A DNA stretch of 64,000 nucleotides from an uncultured Actinomycetes bacterium (GTDB lineage: Bacteria > Actinomycetota > Thermoleophilia > Solirubrobacterales > 70-9), in NCBI GenBank assembly GCA_963839115.1, contig CAWITM010000001.1, forward strand, positions 1,062,196 through 1,126,195, written 5' to 3'. The notes below the pieces were generated by a model that was given only the letters and a program-made list of their open reading frames with translations, was not told where the DNA came from and searched no databases. This document shows positions 52,704-64,000 of this stretch, piece after piece. Numbering within the stretch: position 1 is the stretch's first letter; every line of letters begins with the position of its first letter. The position numbers were made by a program, and so were the translations under genes.

Positions 52704-54029
52704 ATGAAACTCGACGACTGGTTAGCGCAGCGGGCCCTCAGCAGCCCCGAGCGCTGCGCCCTCGTCGCCGACGGGGCCGGCGTCACCTACGCCGAGCTCG
52801 AGGCCGAAGCGACCTGGGTCGCCCGCCGCCTCGCCGCCCAGGGCGTCCGCCGCGGCTCGACCGCGGCGCTGACGATGCACCCGCGCCGCGAGCAGGTCGT
52901 CCTCGTCCACGCGCTGATGAAGGTCGGCGCCACGCTGCTGCCGCTGAGCCCGCGCCTCACCGAGGCCGAGCGAGCCGCGGTGATCGCCGCCGAGGAGCCG
53001 GTCCTCGACCTCGACGACGCCGGCCTGCTGACCCAGACCGAGGCCGACCTGCCGCTGCTCGGCGAGCACGACATGGACGACGTCTGCGCCCGCGTCCTCA
53101 CCTCGGGCAGCTCCGGGACCGCCAAGGCGATCGGCCTCACCTACGGCAACTTCCTCTGGAGCGCCGTCGGCGGCGCCTTCAACATCGGCGTCGATCCCGA
53201 GGACCGCTGGCTCTGCTGCCTGCCGATCAGCCACATCGCCGGCCTCAGCATCATCATGCGCTCGGCGATCTACGGCACCACTGCGGTCCTCCACGACGGC
53301 TTCGACGTCGACCGCGTCGCCGCCGAGCTCGCCGACGGCGGGATCACCGTGGTCTCGCTGGTGACGACGATGCTGGTGCGGCTGCTCGACGCCGGCGCCG
53401 ACCTCTCCGGCCCGCGGGCGATCCTGGTCGGCGGTGGCCCGGTCCCCGAGAGCCCGCTCGAGGAGGCGCTCGGCCGCGGCGCCACCGTCGTGCAGACCTA
53501 CGGTCTCACCGAGACCTGCTCCCAGGTCACGACCCTGGCGCCGGCCGACGCCCGCCGCAAGCTCGGCTCCGCCGGCCGTCCGTTGCTGACCTCCCACGTG
53601 CGGATCCGCGACGGCGAGATCCTGATCCAGGGCCCGACCGTCGCCCCAGGCCGCGCCGACGACTCCGGCTGGCTGCGCACCGGCGACCTCGGCTACATCG
53701 ACGACGAAGGCTTCCTCTACGTCCGCGACCGGATCGACGACCTGATCGTCTCCGGCGGCGAGAACGTCGTCCCGGCCGAGGTCGAGGAAGTGCTGCTGCG
53801 CCACCCGGCGGTGCTCGACGCCGCCGTCGTCGGCCGCGAGGACCCCGAGTGGCAGCAGGCGGTGACCGCTGTCGTCGTCCTGCGCGGCGACGCCGCGGTG
53901 ACCGCCGACGAGCTGCGCCGCCACTGCTCCGCGGCGCTGGCCGGCTACAAGGTGCCCAAGCGCGTCGAGCTGGCCGCGGCGCTGCCGCGCACCCCCTCGG
54001 GCAAGCTCATGCGCAGGGCTCTCCGATAG
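52704..54029 (+). CDS. menE: o-Succinylbenzoate-CoA ligase
   Basis: Start ATG 52704 ([11 protein letters not shown]...), 441 aa. AMP-binding motif [10 protein letters not shown], then YGLTE, GDLGY.D..G.L and PRTPSGK. The upstream part of tracked ORF 51588..54029 is antisense to menB/menA. Confidence 0.88.
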   Translation: MKLDDWLAQRALSSPERCALVADGAGVTYAELEAEATWVARRLAAQGVRRGSTAALTMHPRREQVVLVHALMKVGATLLPLSPRLTEAERAAVIAAEEPVLDLDDAGLLTQTEADLPLLGEHDMDDVCARVLTSGSSGTAKAIGLTYGNFLWSAVGGAFNIGVDPEDRWLCCLPISHIAGLSIIMRSAIYGTTAVLHDGFDVDRVAAELADGGITVVSLVTTMLVRLLDAGADLSGPRAILVGGGPVPESPLEEALGRGATVVQTYGLTETCSQVTTLAPADARRKLGSAGRPLLTSHVRIRDGEILIQGPTVAPGRADDSGWLRTGDLGYIDDEGFLYVRDRIDDLIVSGGENVVPAEVEEVLLRHPAVLDAAVVGREDPEWQQAVTAVVVLRGDAAVTADELRRHCSAALAGYKVPKRVELAAALPRTPSGKLMRRALR

Positions 54030-54039
54030 CTTTCCGGCC

Positions 54040-55044
<1,005 letters not shown>

Positions 55045-55060
55045 GCAGCGAAGGCGGTCC

Positions 55061-55465
55061 TTATCGGTGCGTCTCTCCCTCAGCTAATTTGCCGTCGCGC
55101 CCGACGTAGCCGTCCTTGCCGCCGACGATCACGTAGACCGCCTCCTCGGTGTCGCTGAGGTTGCGCAGGCGGCGTGGGGTGGGGGCGTCGACCCAGGCCA
55201 GGCCGCCCTCCTCGAGCTCCTGGCTGGAGCCGTCGCCGAACTCGATCGCGACGCGGCCGCGGTGGAGGAAGTAGAGCTCCTCCTGGGTCTCGTGCAGGTG
55301 GCTGCCAGTGGCGTATCCCGGCGGCATCACGATCGCGTTGACGCCGAAGGCGGTGACCCCGAGCTCCTTGCGGATCTTGCGGAACCCGGGGCCCTCGCCG
55401 AGGTCGTCGAGGTTCGCGACGGCCCAGCCCTCGCCTTTGCTCACTGCGATGTCGGACTCGGCCAT
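55061..55465 (-). CDS. Cupin domain protein
   Basis: 134 aa. GSHLHETQEELYFLHRG cupin motif. Paralogue of 36676..37080. Confidence 0.75.
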   Translation of the reverse strand: MAESDIAVSKGEGWAVANLDDLGEGPGFRKIRKELGVTAFGVNAIVMPPGYATGSHLHETQEELYFLHRGRVAIEFGDGSSQELEEGGLAWVDAPTPRRLRNLSDTEEAVYVIVGGKDGYVGRDGKLAEGETHR

Positions 55466-55487
55466 CGCTCTTCTCCCTGTCTGGTGG

Positions 55488-56129
55488 TTAAACGGTCGGT
55501 GCCGGAGGCGGCGTCTGCGGTGCCGCGGGCGGCATCGGCGGCGGCACCGTCGCGCCCTTGGCTTTCTCGATCCCGATCGGCGGATAGTCGTCGGTCAGCA
55601 GCGCGAAGTAGCCGTAGACGCGGGCGTAGAAGCTGTTGCAGAAGGTCAGCGCCGAGTTGACGCCCTCCGGCTGGTAGCCGCGGAAGACGATCGTCAGCCA
55701 GGCGATCACGGCGGCGCCGGTGTGCAGGTAGTTGACCCCGTAGGAGACGATCAGCATCGGCAGGACGAGGAAGATCCGGAAGAACGCCTTCAGCCGGCTC
55801 TGGTGCTCGGCCCGCGGGGCGATGTTGACGCGGATCGGATAGCCAGGGTCGTCGGCGATGCCGAACGGCGGCCAGGCGTCGGTCTGCAGATAGAGCCAGG
55901 CGTAGACCCGCACGAGGTAGCGGACGATGCCGGAGTTGAAGTTGTAGAGCCACTCCGGATAGCGGCCGAGGATCACCACCGCGACCCAGGCGAAGAAGTG
56001 GGTGAACACGGCGAGGATCAGGTAGACGTAGGCGACGATGATCCACGGGATCGCGAGGATGATCCGGAAGAACGTCGTGACCCGGTCCGGCTGGGCCTTG
56101 AAATCGGCTTCATAGCTGACTGGATACAT
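55488..56129 (-). CDS. DUF4389-type membrane protein (internal duplication)
   Basis: 213 aa. Two copies of the R..(T/A)FFRI.L..P...V module typical of DUF4389. Pro-rich tail. Confidence 0.8.
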   Translation of the reverse strand: MYPVSYEADFKAQPDRVTTFFRIILAIPWIIVAYVYLILAVFTHFFAWVAVVILGRYPEWLYNFNSGIVRYLVRVYAWLYLQTDAWPPFGIADDPGYPIRVNIAPRAEHQSRLKAFFRIFLVLPMLIVSYGVNYLHTGAAVIAWLTIVFRGYQPEGVNSALTFCNSFYARVYGYFALLTDDYPPIGIEKAKGATVPPPMPPAAPQTPPPAPTV

Positions 56130-56219
56130 CTCTCCCCCTCATGCTTTGGAGTACCGACGGACGCGCTCGGCCAGCCTAACCCGGCCCCCGGCGGCCGGTC
56201 CACCGGCGCCTCTCGTTAG

Positions 56220-57377
<1,158 letters not shown>

Positions 57378-57390
57378 GGTGCCGCGCCCG

Positions 57391-58974
57391 ATGATGAAGG
57401 TCCTCGTCAAGGAGAAGATCGCCGACACCGGCGTCGAGCTGCTGCGCTCGCAGTTCGAGGTCGACCTCGGGCTCGACATGTCCGACGAGGAGTTCCGCGC
57501 CAAGCTCGGCGACTACGACGCGATCCTGATCCGCTCGGCGACCAAGATGACGCCGGAGCTGATCGACCTCGCCACCAACCTCAAGGTCATCGGCCGCGCC
57601 GGCACCGGTGTCGACAACGTCGACATCCCGGCCGCCACCCGCCGCGGCATCATCGTCGCCAACGCCCCCGAGTCGAACTCGGTCGCCGCCGCCGAGCACA
57701 CCCTGGCGCTGTCGCTGGCGCTCTTCCGCAACGTGCCGCAGGCCCACGCCTCGCTGGTCGCCGGGCGCTGGGACCGGGCCAAGTTCAAGGGCGCCGAGCT
57801 CTATGGCAAGACCCTCGGCGTGATCGGCTTCGGCCGCATCGGCCAGCTGGTCGCCGCCCGCGCCCAAAGCTTCGACATGGAGGTGCTCGCCTTCGACAAG
57901 TTCGTCTCCGCCGAGCGCTTCCGCGAACTCGGCGTCGAGGGCTGCGACGAGCTCGCCGACCTGCTCGGCCGCTCCGACCTCGTCACTCTGCACGTGCCGA
58001 AGACGCCGGAGACGATCGGCCTGATCGACGCCGAGGCGATCGCCCAGATGAAGGACGGCGCCCGCGTTGTCAACTGCGCCCGCGGCGAGCTGGTCGAGCT
58101 CGACGACCTGCTGGCCGGGCTCGAGTCCGGCAAGCTTGCCGGCGCCGCCCTCGACGTCTTCCCGGCCGAGCCGTTTACCGAGCACGCGATCTTCGCCCGT
58201 CCCGACGTCGTCGTCACCCCGCACCTCGGCGCCTCGACCGCCGAGGCCCAGGACCGCGCCGGCGTCGTCACCGCCGAGCAGGTGACCGAGGCGCTGACCG
58301 GCGGCGTCGTCACCAACGCCGTCAACATCGCCGCCGTGCGCCCCGAGGCGATGGAGGCGCTGGCGCCGTTCGTCCCGCTCTGCGAAAAACTCGGGCGGCT
58401 GGCGCAGGGACTGGGCCAGGGCTCGGTCGACCGCGTCACCGCCGAGTTCAGCGGCCGGATCGCCTCCCACGACACGCGCCTGCTGGGGATCGCGGTGTTG
58501 GTCGGCATCCTCTCCGGCAACACCGAGACCCCGGTCAACCTCGTCAACGCCCCGCAGATGGCCGAGGAGCGGGGCATCGAGCTGACCGAGACCAAGGCCT
58601 CGAGCTCCGAGGACTTCACCGAGCTGGTCACCGTCCGGGTCCACTCGGGCGAGGGTGAGGTCGAGGTCGCCGGCACCAGCGTCGGGCCGAAAAACGTGCC
58701 CTACCTCGTCTCGGCCTGGAACGAGAGCTTCTACCTGCCTTTCGCCGAGCACATCACGGTCTTCCGCTACGCCGACCAGCCGGGGATGATCGGCCGCGTC
58801 GGCACCGCCTTCGGCGAGGAGGGCGTGAACATCGTCTCCGCCGCGGTCGGCGTCGAGTCGGGGACCGAGAACGCGGTCATGGCGCTGACCACCGACGCCC
58901 CGGTGCGGGGCGAGGCGCTCGACAAGATCCTCGGCATCGACGGCTTCTCCGTCGGTCGCTCGGTCGACCTCTAG
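57391..58974 (+). CDS. serA: D-3-phosphoglycerate dehydrogenase (long form with ASB and ACT domains)
   Basis: ATG 57391 or 57394 (MKVLVKEKIAD); the tracked GTG 57379 is also possible. GRAGTGVDNVD and GFGRIG NAD motif. C-terminal ACT domain. Confidence 0.95.
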   Translation: MMKVLVKEKIADTGVELLRSQFEVDLGLDMSDEEFRAKLGDYDAILIRSATKMTPELIDLATNLKVIGRAGTGVDNVDIPAATRRGIIVANAPESNSVAAAEHTLALSLALFRNVPQAHASLVAGRWDRAKFKGAELYGKTLGVIGFGRIGQLVAARAQSFDMEVLAFDKFVSAERFRELGVEGCDELADLLGRSDLVTLHVPKTPETIGLIDAEAIAQMKDGARVVNCARGELVELDDLLAGLESGKLAGAALDVFPAEPFTEHAIFARPDVVVTPHLGASTAEAQDRAGVVTAEQVTEALTGGVVTNAVNIAAVRPEAMEALAPFVPLCEKLGRLAQGLGQGSVDRVTAEFSGRIASHDTRLLGIAVLVGILSGNTETPVNLVNAPQMAEERGIELTETKASSSEDFTELVTVRVHSGEGEVEVAGTSVGPKNVPYLVSAWNESFYLPFAEHITVFRYADQPGMIGRVGTAFGEEGVNIVSAAVGVESGTENAVMALTTDAPVRGEALDKILGIDGFSVGRSVDL

Positions 58975-59013
58975 GCCGCAACCATTGGCATTTCCGGCTG
59001 TTGGTGGGGAACG

Positions 59014-59568
59014 ATGAAGCGCTCTCTCGCCACCGCGATCGCCGTCCTGGCCCTGCTCGCCGCCTTCGCTGGCGCCGCTCAGGGTCGTGAACGCGCACTG
59101 ACCCTGGTCCTTGCCGGCGGCCCCGGGCCCGACGCGATCTCGATTGAACTGAGCGCCGACGCCGCCCGTTACGAAATCCTCTCCGGCGCCCCGCTCGAAG
59201 TCGGCGGCTCGGTCTGCGCCCACCCAGGCGGCAACCTCGACGCGCTGAGCTGCGAAGCGGCGGCGATCGGCGGCTTCGAAGTCAACGGCGGCGCCGGCAA
59301 CGACAGCATCGAACTGGGGAGGACGGTCGAAGCGCCGGCGACCCTGCGTGGCGGCGAAGGCAACGACCTCCTGGTCGGCGGTCTCGGCAACGACAAGCTG
59401 GTCGGCGGACCCGGTGACGACACGCTGAGCGGCCGCGCCGGCGACGACGTCCTCTACGGCGGCTCGGGCGACGACGTCCTCTACGGCGGCCTCGGCAACG
59501 ACAGACTCGTCGGCGGCAGCGGCGAAAACGTCCTCGTCGGCGGCCCCGGCCGCAACGAAACCAGCTAA
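59014..59568 (+). CDS. Secreted protein with hemolysin-type (RTX) calcium-binding nonapeptide repeats
   Basis: Sec-type signal peptide [24 protein letters not shown]. About 8 tandem GGxG(N/D)Dx(L/I)x repeats ([27 protein letters not shown] ...). Confidence 0.8.
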   Translation: MKRSLATAIAVLALLAAFAGAAQGRERALTLVLAGGPGPDAISIELSADAARYEILSGAPLEVGGSVCAHPGGNLDALSCEAAAIGGFEVNGGAGNDSIELGRTVEAPATLRGGEGNDLLVGGLGNDKLVGGPGDDTLSGRAGDDVLYGGSGDDVLYGGLGNDRLVGGSGENVLVGGPGRNETS

Positions 59569-59600
59569 GCGGCCGGCCCTCGCGCCGCGGCGGGACCGGG

Positions 59601-61112
59601 TCAGACCGGCTCGGTTTCCACCTCGGGCCGCCGGCCGAGCAGGTTGCCGCCGACGAACAGCGCCACGACCAGGAACCCGACCAGCGCCAGCCCGGCGTCT
59701 AGCCGGAACGCCGCCTGGAAGCCGTCGACGAAGGGTGGGATCGCGCCGGAGAAGATCGTCGTCGTCAGTCCCAGCCCGATCGAGCCGCCGGCGATCTGGA
59801 ACATGTAGACGATGCCGCCGGCCAGGCTGGCCTGCGATTCGTCGACCGCGGTCACCCCGTAGGTCGTCGCGGTCGGGTAGAAGACGCCGATCCCGATCCC
59901 GAGGACGACCATCCCGGGCACCAGCGCGTCGTAGCCGGAGCCGGCGTCGACCAGTGAGAAGAGCAGCGGCGCCGCGGTGATGCACGCCGCCCCGACGCTC
60001 GCCAGGGCCTTCGCCCCGAGCCGCTCGTACAGCGGGCCGGCGACGAAGGAGACGAGGGCGAAGGTCGCCAGCGCCGGCAGCATCCCCAGCCCCGAGCCGA
60101 GCGGCGAGTAACCGAGCTGGTGCTCCATGAACTGCGGCAGGTAGAGCAGCGAGGCGAAGAACGTCGCCGACATGAAGAGGACGCCGACGCAGGACGCCGC
60201 GAAGGGGCGGTTGCGGATGATTTCCGCCGGAACCAGGGCGTGGCGGCCGGCGCGGCGCTCGAGCGGCAGGAAGGCCGCGACGCCGGCGACGGCGACGGCG
60301 AGCAGGAAAATGACCCGCGGGTCGCTCCAGCCCCAGTCGTCGACCTGGTCGAGGGCGACCAGCAGGGCGACGAGGCCGAGCGAGATCGCCGCGATGCCCG
60401 GGTAATCGAGCTTGTGGTCGGAGTCCTCGGCCTCCTTGATGTGGACGCCGAACCAGACCACCGCGACGGCGAAGGCCGAGGCCGGCACGTTGACGAAGAA
60501 GATCCAGCGCCAGCTGGCGAGGTCGGTGAGCACGCCGCCGATCAACGGCCCGATCGCGTTGCCGAGCCCGGCCGCGCCCATGATGATCCCGCCCGCCAGG
60601 CCCGCCTTTTCTTCGGGCAGCAGCGCGTAGACCATGCCGATGATGGCCGGCAGCATCAGCGCCGCGCCGACTCCCATCAACGTCCGGGCGACGATTAGGA
60701 GCGGCAGCGTCGGCGCCAGCCCGCCGAGCAGGGACATCACGGCGAAGATCGCGGTGCCGAGGAAGAAGGCGTTGCGGCGGCCAAACATGTCGGCGAGGCG
60801 CCCGCCGGTCACGATCATCACCCCGAACATCAGGGCGTAGGCGTTGACCACCCACTGGATCGTGTTGATGTTGGTGTGGAAGTCGCTCTCCATCGTCGGC
60901 AGGGCGACGTTGATCGCCGAGAAGTCGTTGGCGATGACGACGGTGGCGACGCCGATCGCGAACAGCGCCAGCCAGTTGATCGGCGCGGCGGCGGTGCTCG
61001 CCGCGGAGGGGGTGGTGGTTCCAGCCTCCACGGCCGCCAGCGTATGCCACGCGCCAGCGGAAATCATCTGAGCGTCCGCGCGTGCGCTACCCTGCCTGGA
61101 CTGATGGCTCAC
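59601..61112 (-). CDS. MFS transporter, DHA2/EmrB-like (14 TM)
   Basis: About 14 hydrophobic helices. MFS motif GGRLADMFGRR. Start is ATG 61112 or ATG 61067. Confidence 0.88.
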   Translation of the reverse strand: MSHQSRQGSARADAQMISAGAWHTLAAVEAGTTTPSAASTAAAPINWLALFAIGVATVVIANDFSAINVALPTMESDFHTNINTIQWVVNAYALMFGVMIVTGGRLADMFGRRNAFFLGTAIFAVMSLLGGLAPTLPLLIVARTLMGVGAALMLPAIIGMVYALLPEEKAGLAGGIIMGAAGLGNAIGPLIGGVLTDLASWRWIFFVNVPASAFAVAVVWFGVHIKEAEDSDHKLDYPGIAAISLGLVALLVALDQVDDWGWSDPRVIFLLAVAVAGVAAFLPLERRAGRHALVPAEIIRNRPFAASCVGVLFMSATFFASLLYLPQFMEHQLGYSPLGSGLGMLPALATFALVSFVAGPLYERLGAKALASVGAACITAAPLLFSLVDAGSGYDALVPGMVVLGIGIGVFYPTATTYGVTAVDESQASLAGGIVYMFQIAGGSIGLGLTTTIFSGAIPPFVDGFQAAFRLDAGLALVGFLVVALFVGGNLLGRRPEVETEPV

Positions 61113-61163
61113 CGCTCCGCCAGCCTCGCGCTTCGCCTTCTCCTCCCCCCTCGGGGGGAATAG
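61104..61163 (+). promoter_or_regulatory. Candidate leuA leader peptide ORF (19 codons, MAHRSASLALRLLLPPRGE)
   Basis: ATG 61104 to TAG 61161-61163, with 5 Leu codons. The ccttctcct stretch (61136-61144) is complementary to the leuA SD aggagaagg (61219-61227). Confidence 0.35.
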
Positions 61164-61231
61164 CGCTGGGCGGCGCGATAGCCGCGAGAGACATAAAGGC
61201 CAATCAGTTCAAGTAAAGAAGGAGAAGGTCC

Positions 61232-62830
61232 ATGGGACCCGCAGCATCAGCTTCCGACGCCAACCGCGTCCACATCTTCGATACGACTCTGCGAGACGGC
61301 GAGCAGTCGCCGGGGATCTCGCTGAACGCCGGCGAGAAGGTCGAGATCGCCCAGCAGCTGGCCCGGCTCGGGGTCGACGTGATCGAGGCCGGCTTCCCGA
61401 TCGCCTCGCCGGGCGACTTCGAGGCGGTCCGGGAGATCGCCCGCCGGGTCGAAGGGCCGGTCATCTGCGGCCTCGCCCGCACCCACAAGGCCGACATCGA
61501 CGCCGCCTGGAACGCGATCAAGGACTCGCAGCGGCCGCGCATCCACACCTTCATCTCGACCTCCGACATCCACATCCAGCACCAGCTGCAGACCGATCGC
61601 GAGGACGTCAAGGGCCAGGCCAGGGCGGCGGTGACCCAGGCGCGCGCCTTCTGCGAGGACGTCGAGTTCTCGCCGATGGACGCGACCCGCGCCGACATCG
61701 AGTTCACCGCCGAAGTCATCGCGATCGCCGTCGAGGCGGGCGCGACCGTCGTCAACGTCCCCGACACGGTCGGCTACACGACGCCCGAGGAGTACGCGGC
61801 ATTCTGGGGCCGGCTGTACGAGCTGGTGCCGGGCCTGCGCGAGGTCGAGACCTCGGTTCACTGCCACGACGACCTCGGCCTCGCCGTCGCCAACTCCTAC
61901 GCCGGCGTTCGCGCTGGCGCCCGCCAGATCGAGTGCGCGATCAACGGCCTCGGCGAGCGCGCCGGCAACTGCTCGCTGGAGGAGGTAGCGATGCTGATCA
62001 AGGTCCGCGAGGACGTCCACGGCTTCACCACCGGCATCAACACCCGCGAGATCGCCCGCACCAGCCGCATGGTCAGCCGCCTGACCGGCTACCCGGTGCA
62101 GCCGAACAAGGCGATCGTCGGCCGCAACGCCTTCGCCCACGAGTCCGGGATCCACCAGGACGGCGTGCTGAAGGAGCGCAGCACCTACGAGATCATGGAC
62201 GCGACCGAAGTCGGCCTCGAGTCGAACTCGATCGTGCTCGGCAAGCACTCCGGCCGCCACGCCCTGCGCGATGCGCTGGAGCAGCTGGGCTACAAGATCG
62301 AGGGCAACTCCCTCAACTCCGCGTTCAAGGCCTTCAAGGAGATCGCCGACCGCAAGAAGCAGGTGACCGCGCTCGACCTCGAGGCGATCGTCTCCGACGA
62401 GATGCGCGACTCCGCCGATGCCCACGAGCTGGCCTGGTTCGAGGTCACCGCGGCCTCAGGCCGCGAGCCGGTCGCCAAAGTCGGCGTCACCCTGCCCTCC
62501 GGCGAGGAGGTCTCGGCGACCTCCGGCGGCGACGGCCCGATCGACGCCGTCTTCCGCGCGATCCAGGCGGCGACCGAGACCGAAAGTGAGCTCGCCAAAT
62601 ACACGGTCGAGGCGGTGACCGGGGGAGAGGACGCCCTCGGCGAGGTGACCGTCACCCTCCGCACCGACGGCCGCCTGGCCTCCGGATCCGGCGTCGCCAC
62701 CGACATCATGGAGGCCAGCGCCCGCGCCTACCTCCGCGCCCTGTCCAACGCCCTCGAGGGCGTTGCGACCCGCGAGGCCGAGGCCGCGACCGCCGACGCA
62801 GTGATTTCTGAGCCAACGCCTGGGCCATAG
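61232..62830 (+). CDS. leuA: 2-Isopropylmalate synthase
   Basis: 532 aa. IFDTTLRDGEQSPG, HCHDDLGLAVAN, and a C-terminal LeuA dimerisation/regulatory domain. Strong SD (aaggagaagg). Confidence 0.96.
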   Translation: MGPAASASDANRVHIFDTTLRDGEQSPGISLNAGEKVEIAQQLARLGVDVIEAGFPIASPGDFEAVREIARRVEGPVICGLARTHKADIDAAWNAIKDSQRPRIHTFISTSDIHIQHQLQTDREDVKGQARAAVTQARAFCEDVEFSPMDATRADIEFTAEVIAIAVEAGATVVNVPDTVGYTTPEEYAAFWGRLYELVPGLREVETSVHCHDDLGLAVANSYAGVRAGARQIECAINGLGERAGNCSLEEVAMLIKVREDVHGFTTGINTREIARTSRMVSRLTGYPVQPNKAIVGRNAFAHESGIHQDGVLKERSTYEIMDATEVGLESNSIVLGKHSGRHALRDALEQLGYKIEGNSLNSAFKAFKEIADRKKQVTALDLEAIVSDEMRDSADAHELAWFEVTAASGREPVAKVGVTLPSGEEVSATSGGDGPIDAVFRAIQAATETESELAKYTVEAVTGGEDALGEVTVTLRTDGRLASGSGVATDIMEASARAYLRALSNALEGVATREAEAATADAVISEPTPGP

Positions 62831-62943
62831 AAGGGTCCAGTTCTCGGCGGCGGGGGCTCCCGGCGGGTCCCGCCACAGAGTAGGCACGCAATTGCCCCAT
62901 TCATAGCGCCGCGTGTGCGCTTTGCCCCGTCAGGGTTCGCCGC

Positions 62944-63945
62944 ATGTCCCACGAGTCTGCATTTACCCGTCCCCACGACGGGTCATTGCAGACTCGTGGG
63001 GGAGGGACGGAGGCGAGTGCCACCGTTGGCGCGGTTGCTCGGCTGGCGGGGCGGCAGCATGGGGTCGTCTCGCGGATCCAGCTAGTCGCCGCCGGTCTCA
63101 GCGAAGACGAGGTTGACGGCTGGATCCGTCGGAAGCGACTGCATCGCTTGCATCCAGGCGTCTACGCCGTGGGACATCTGGCTTTGACGATGCGGTCGCG
63201 ATGGATGGCCGCCGTACTCGCCTCCGGGACCGGCGCGGTGCTGAGCCATCGGACCGCGGCGGCGCTCTGGGGCATCCGCGATCCCGGCAGTGGCGCGATC
63301 GACGTGACGGTCCCGCGCAAGACTCGTTCGAACGGGACGATCCGCCGCCACTTCGGCCGCTTCCCGGCCGACGAGTGCACGGTCGAGGACGGGATCCCCG
63401 TCACCTCCCCGATGCGCACCCTGCTCGACCTCGCCACGGTGGCGACCCCGCACTCTGTCGAGGCGGCTCTCCGCGAGGCGGAATTCCTCCAGCTGCGCGA
63501 CCGCCTGTCCCTACCTGCCCTCCTCGCCCGCTATCCGCGCCATCGCGGTGCCCGAGCACTCCGCGCCGCTCTCGAGCGCCGCCAAGAAGACCCCGGTGGC
63601 CGGCTCCACAGCACGCTCGAGGAGCTGTTCCTCCCGTTCCTCGACCGTCACGCCCTACCGCGCCCAAGAGTCAACGCCGCCGTCCATGTCCCGGCCAGTC
63701 GCCACGAGCTCGAGCGGCGCTACGAGGTCGATTGCCTCTGGCCGGAGCAGCGCCAAATCGTCGAGCTCGACGGCTTCGAGTCCCACGGCCGCCGCCAAAG
63801 CTGGGAGGACGACAGGGTCCGCGACCGCCGCCTCGCGACCGCGGGCTACGGCGTCACCCGCGTCACCAAGCGCCAGCTACTGAGCGAAGAAGACGCCCTG
63901 GCCGTCGACCTCTCCTCACTGCTGCTGTTTTACAAGCGTCCGTGA
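62944..63945 (+). CDS. DUF559/endonuclease-like domain protein with AbiEi-like N-terminal wHTH
   Basis: N-terminal GVVSRIQLVAAGLSEDEVDGWIRRKRLHRLHPGVYAV. C-terminal VDCLWPEQRQIVELDG..H......DR.RD..L...G..V.R.T is the DUF559 Vsr-like module. The true start may lie downstream of 62944. Confidence 0.75.
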   Translation: MSHESAFTRPHDGSLQTRGGGTEASATVGAVARLAGRQHGVVSRIQLVAAGLSEDEVDGWIRRKRLHRLHPGVYAVGHLALTMRSRWMAAVLASGTGAVLSHRTAAALWGIRDPGSGAIDVTVPRKTRSNGTIRRHFGRFPADECTVEDGIPVTSPMRTLLDLATVATPHSVEAALREAEFLQLRDRLSLPALLARYPRHRGARALRAALERRQEDPGGRLHSTLEELFLPFLDRHALPRPRVNAAVHVPASRHELERRYEVDCLWPEQRQIVELDGFESHGRRQSWEDDRVRDRRLATAGYGVTRVTKRQLLSEEDALAVDLSSLLLFYKRP

Positions 63946-64000
63946 TAACGTACGCGCTTCGTGGCCACCGCAACGCGCCAGAAGAACGCCGTCCCGCCCT

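Noticed and set aside
62944-63945. Possible mobile element or toxin-antitoxin module at the window end
   Set aside because: The AbiEi-like wHTH plus DUF559 architecture is a common stand-alone actinobacterial gene. No partner AbiEii-type nucleotidyltransferase, transposase, integrase or terminal repeats are visible in the available flanks.

Overview
Very GC-rich chromosomal core segment (by eye about two-thirds to 70% G+C, with codon position 3 almost always G/C). Gene content and promoter style fit an actinobacterium-like organism; a deep-branching Thermoleophilia/Rubrobacteria-type lineage is only a guess. I support about 60 densely packed protein genes. I saw no rRNA, tRNA, CRISPR array, transposase or integrase. 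Most of the window is housekeeping: argG, dnaE, nfo, gltX, cysK-cysE, pcrA, folD, gatCAB, ndh, ilvBN, ilvC, serC-serA and leuA. A menaquinone set (menF, menB-A-C-D, menE; no menH recognised) sits between ilvN and ilvC. The long antisense and alternate-frame ORFs in the track are GC-content artefacts. Several tracked ORFs are real genes only from an internal start, and I give corrected starts for those. The accessory-looking parts are listed here. (1) A UDP-sulfoquinovose synthase gene (sqdB) clusters with a polyprenyl-phosphate-type GT2 and two GT-C (PMT/ArnT-like) membrane glycosyltransferases; this is my best candidate for an undescribed system, lipid-carrier-dependent sulfoquinovosylation of the envelope. 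(2) A DUF1800-DUF1501-cupredoxin operon. (3) An HDOD-LuxR fusion regulator converges on a degenerate NarL-type response regulator. (4) A Leu-rich upstream ORF has Leu codons that are the anti-SD of the leuA ribosome-binding site. (5) A family of low-GC perfect hairpins and a three-copy REP-like element lie in intergenic regions, plus a 147-nt nested palindrome. (6) TANNNT boxes recur 6-10 nt upstream of start codons, suggesting leaderless mRNAs. (7) There are two apparently frameshifted genes. All functional calls come from motif and family recognition by eye; no database search was run.
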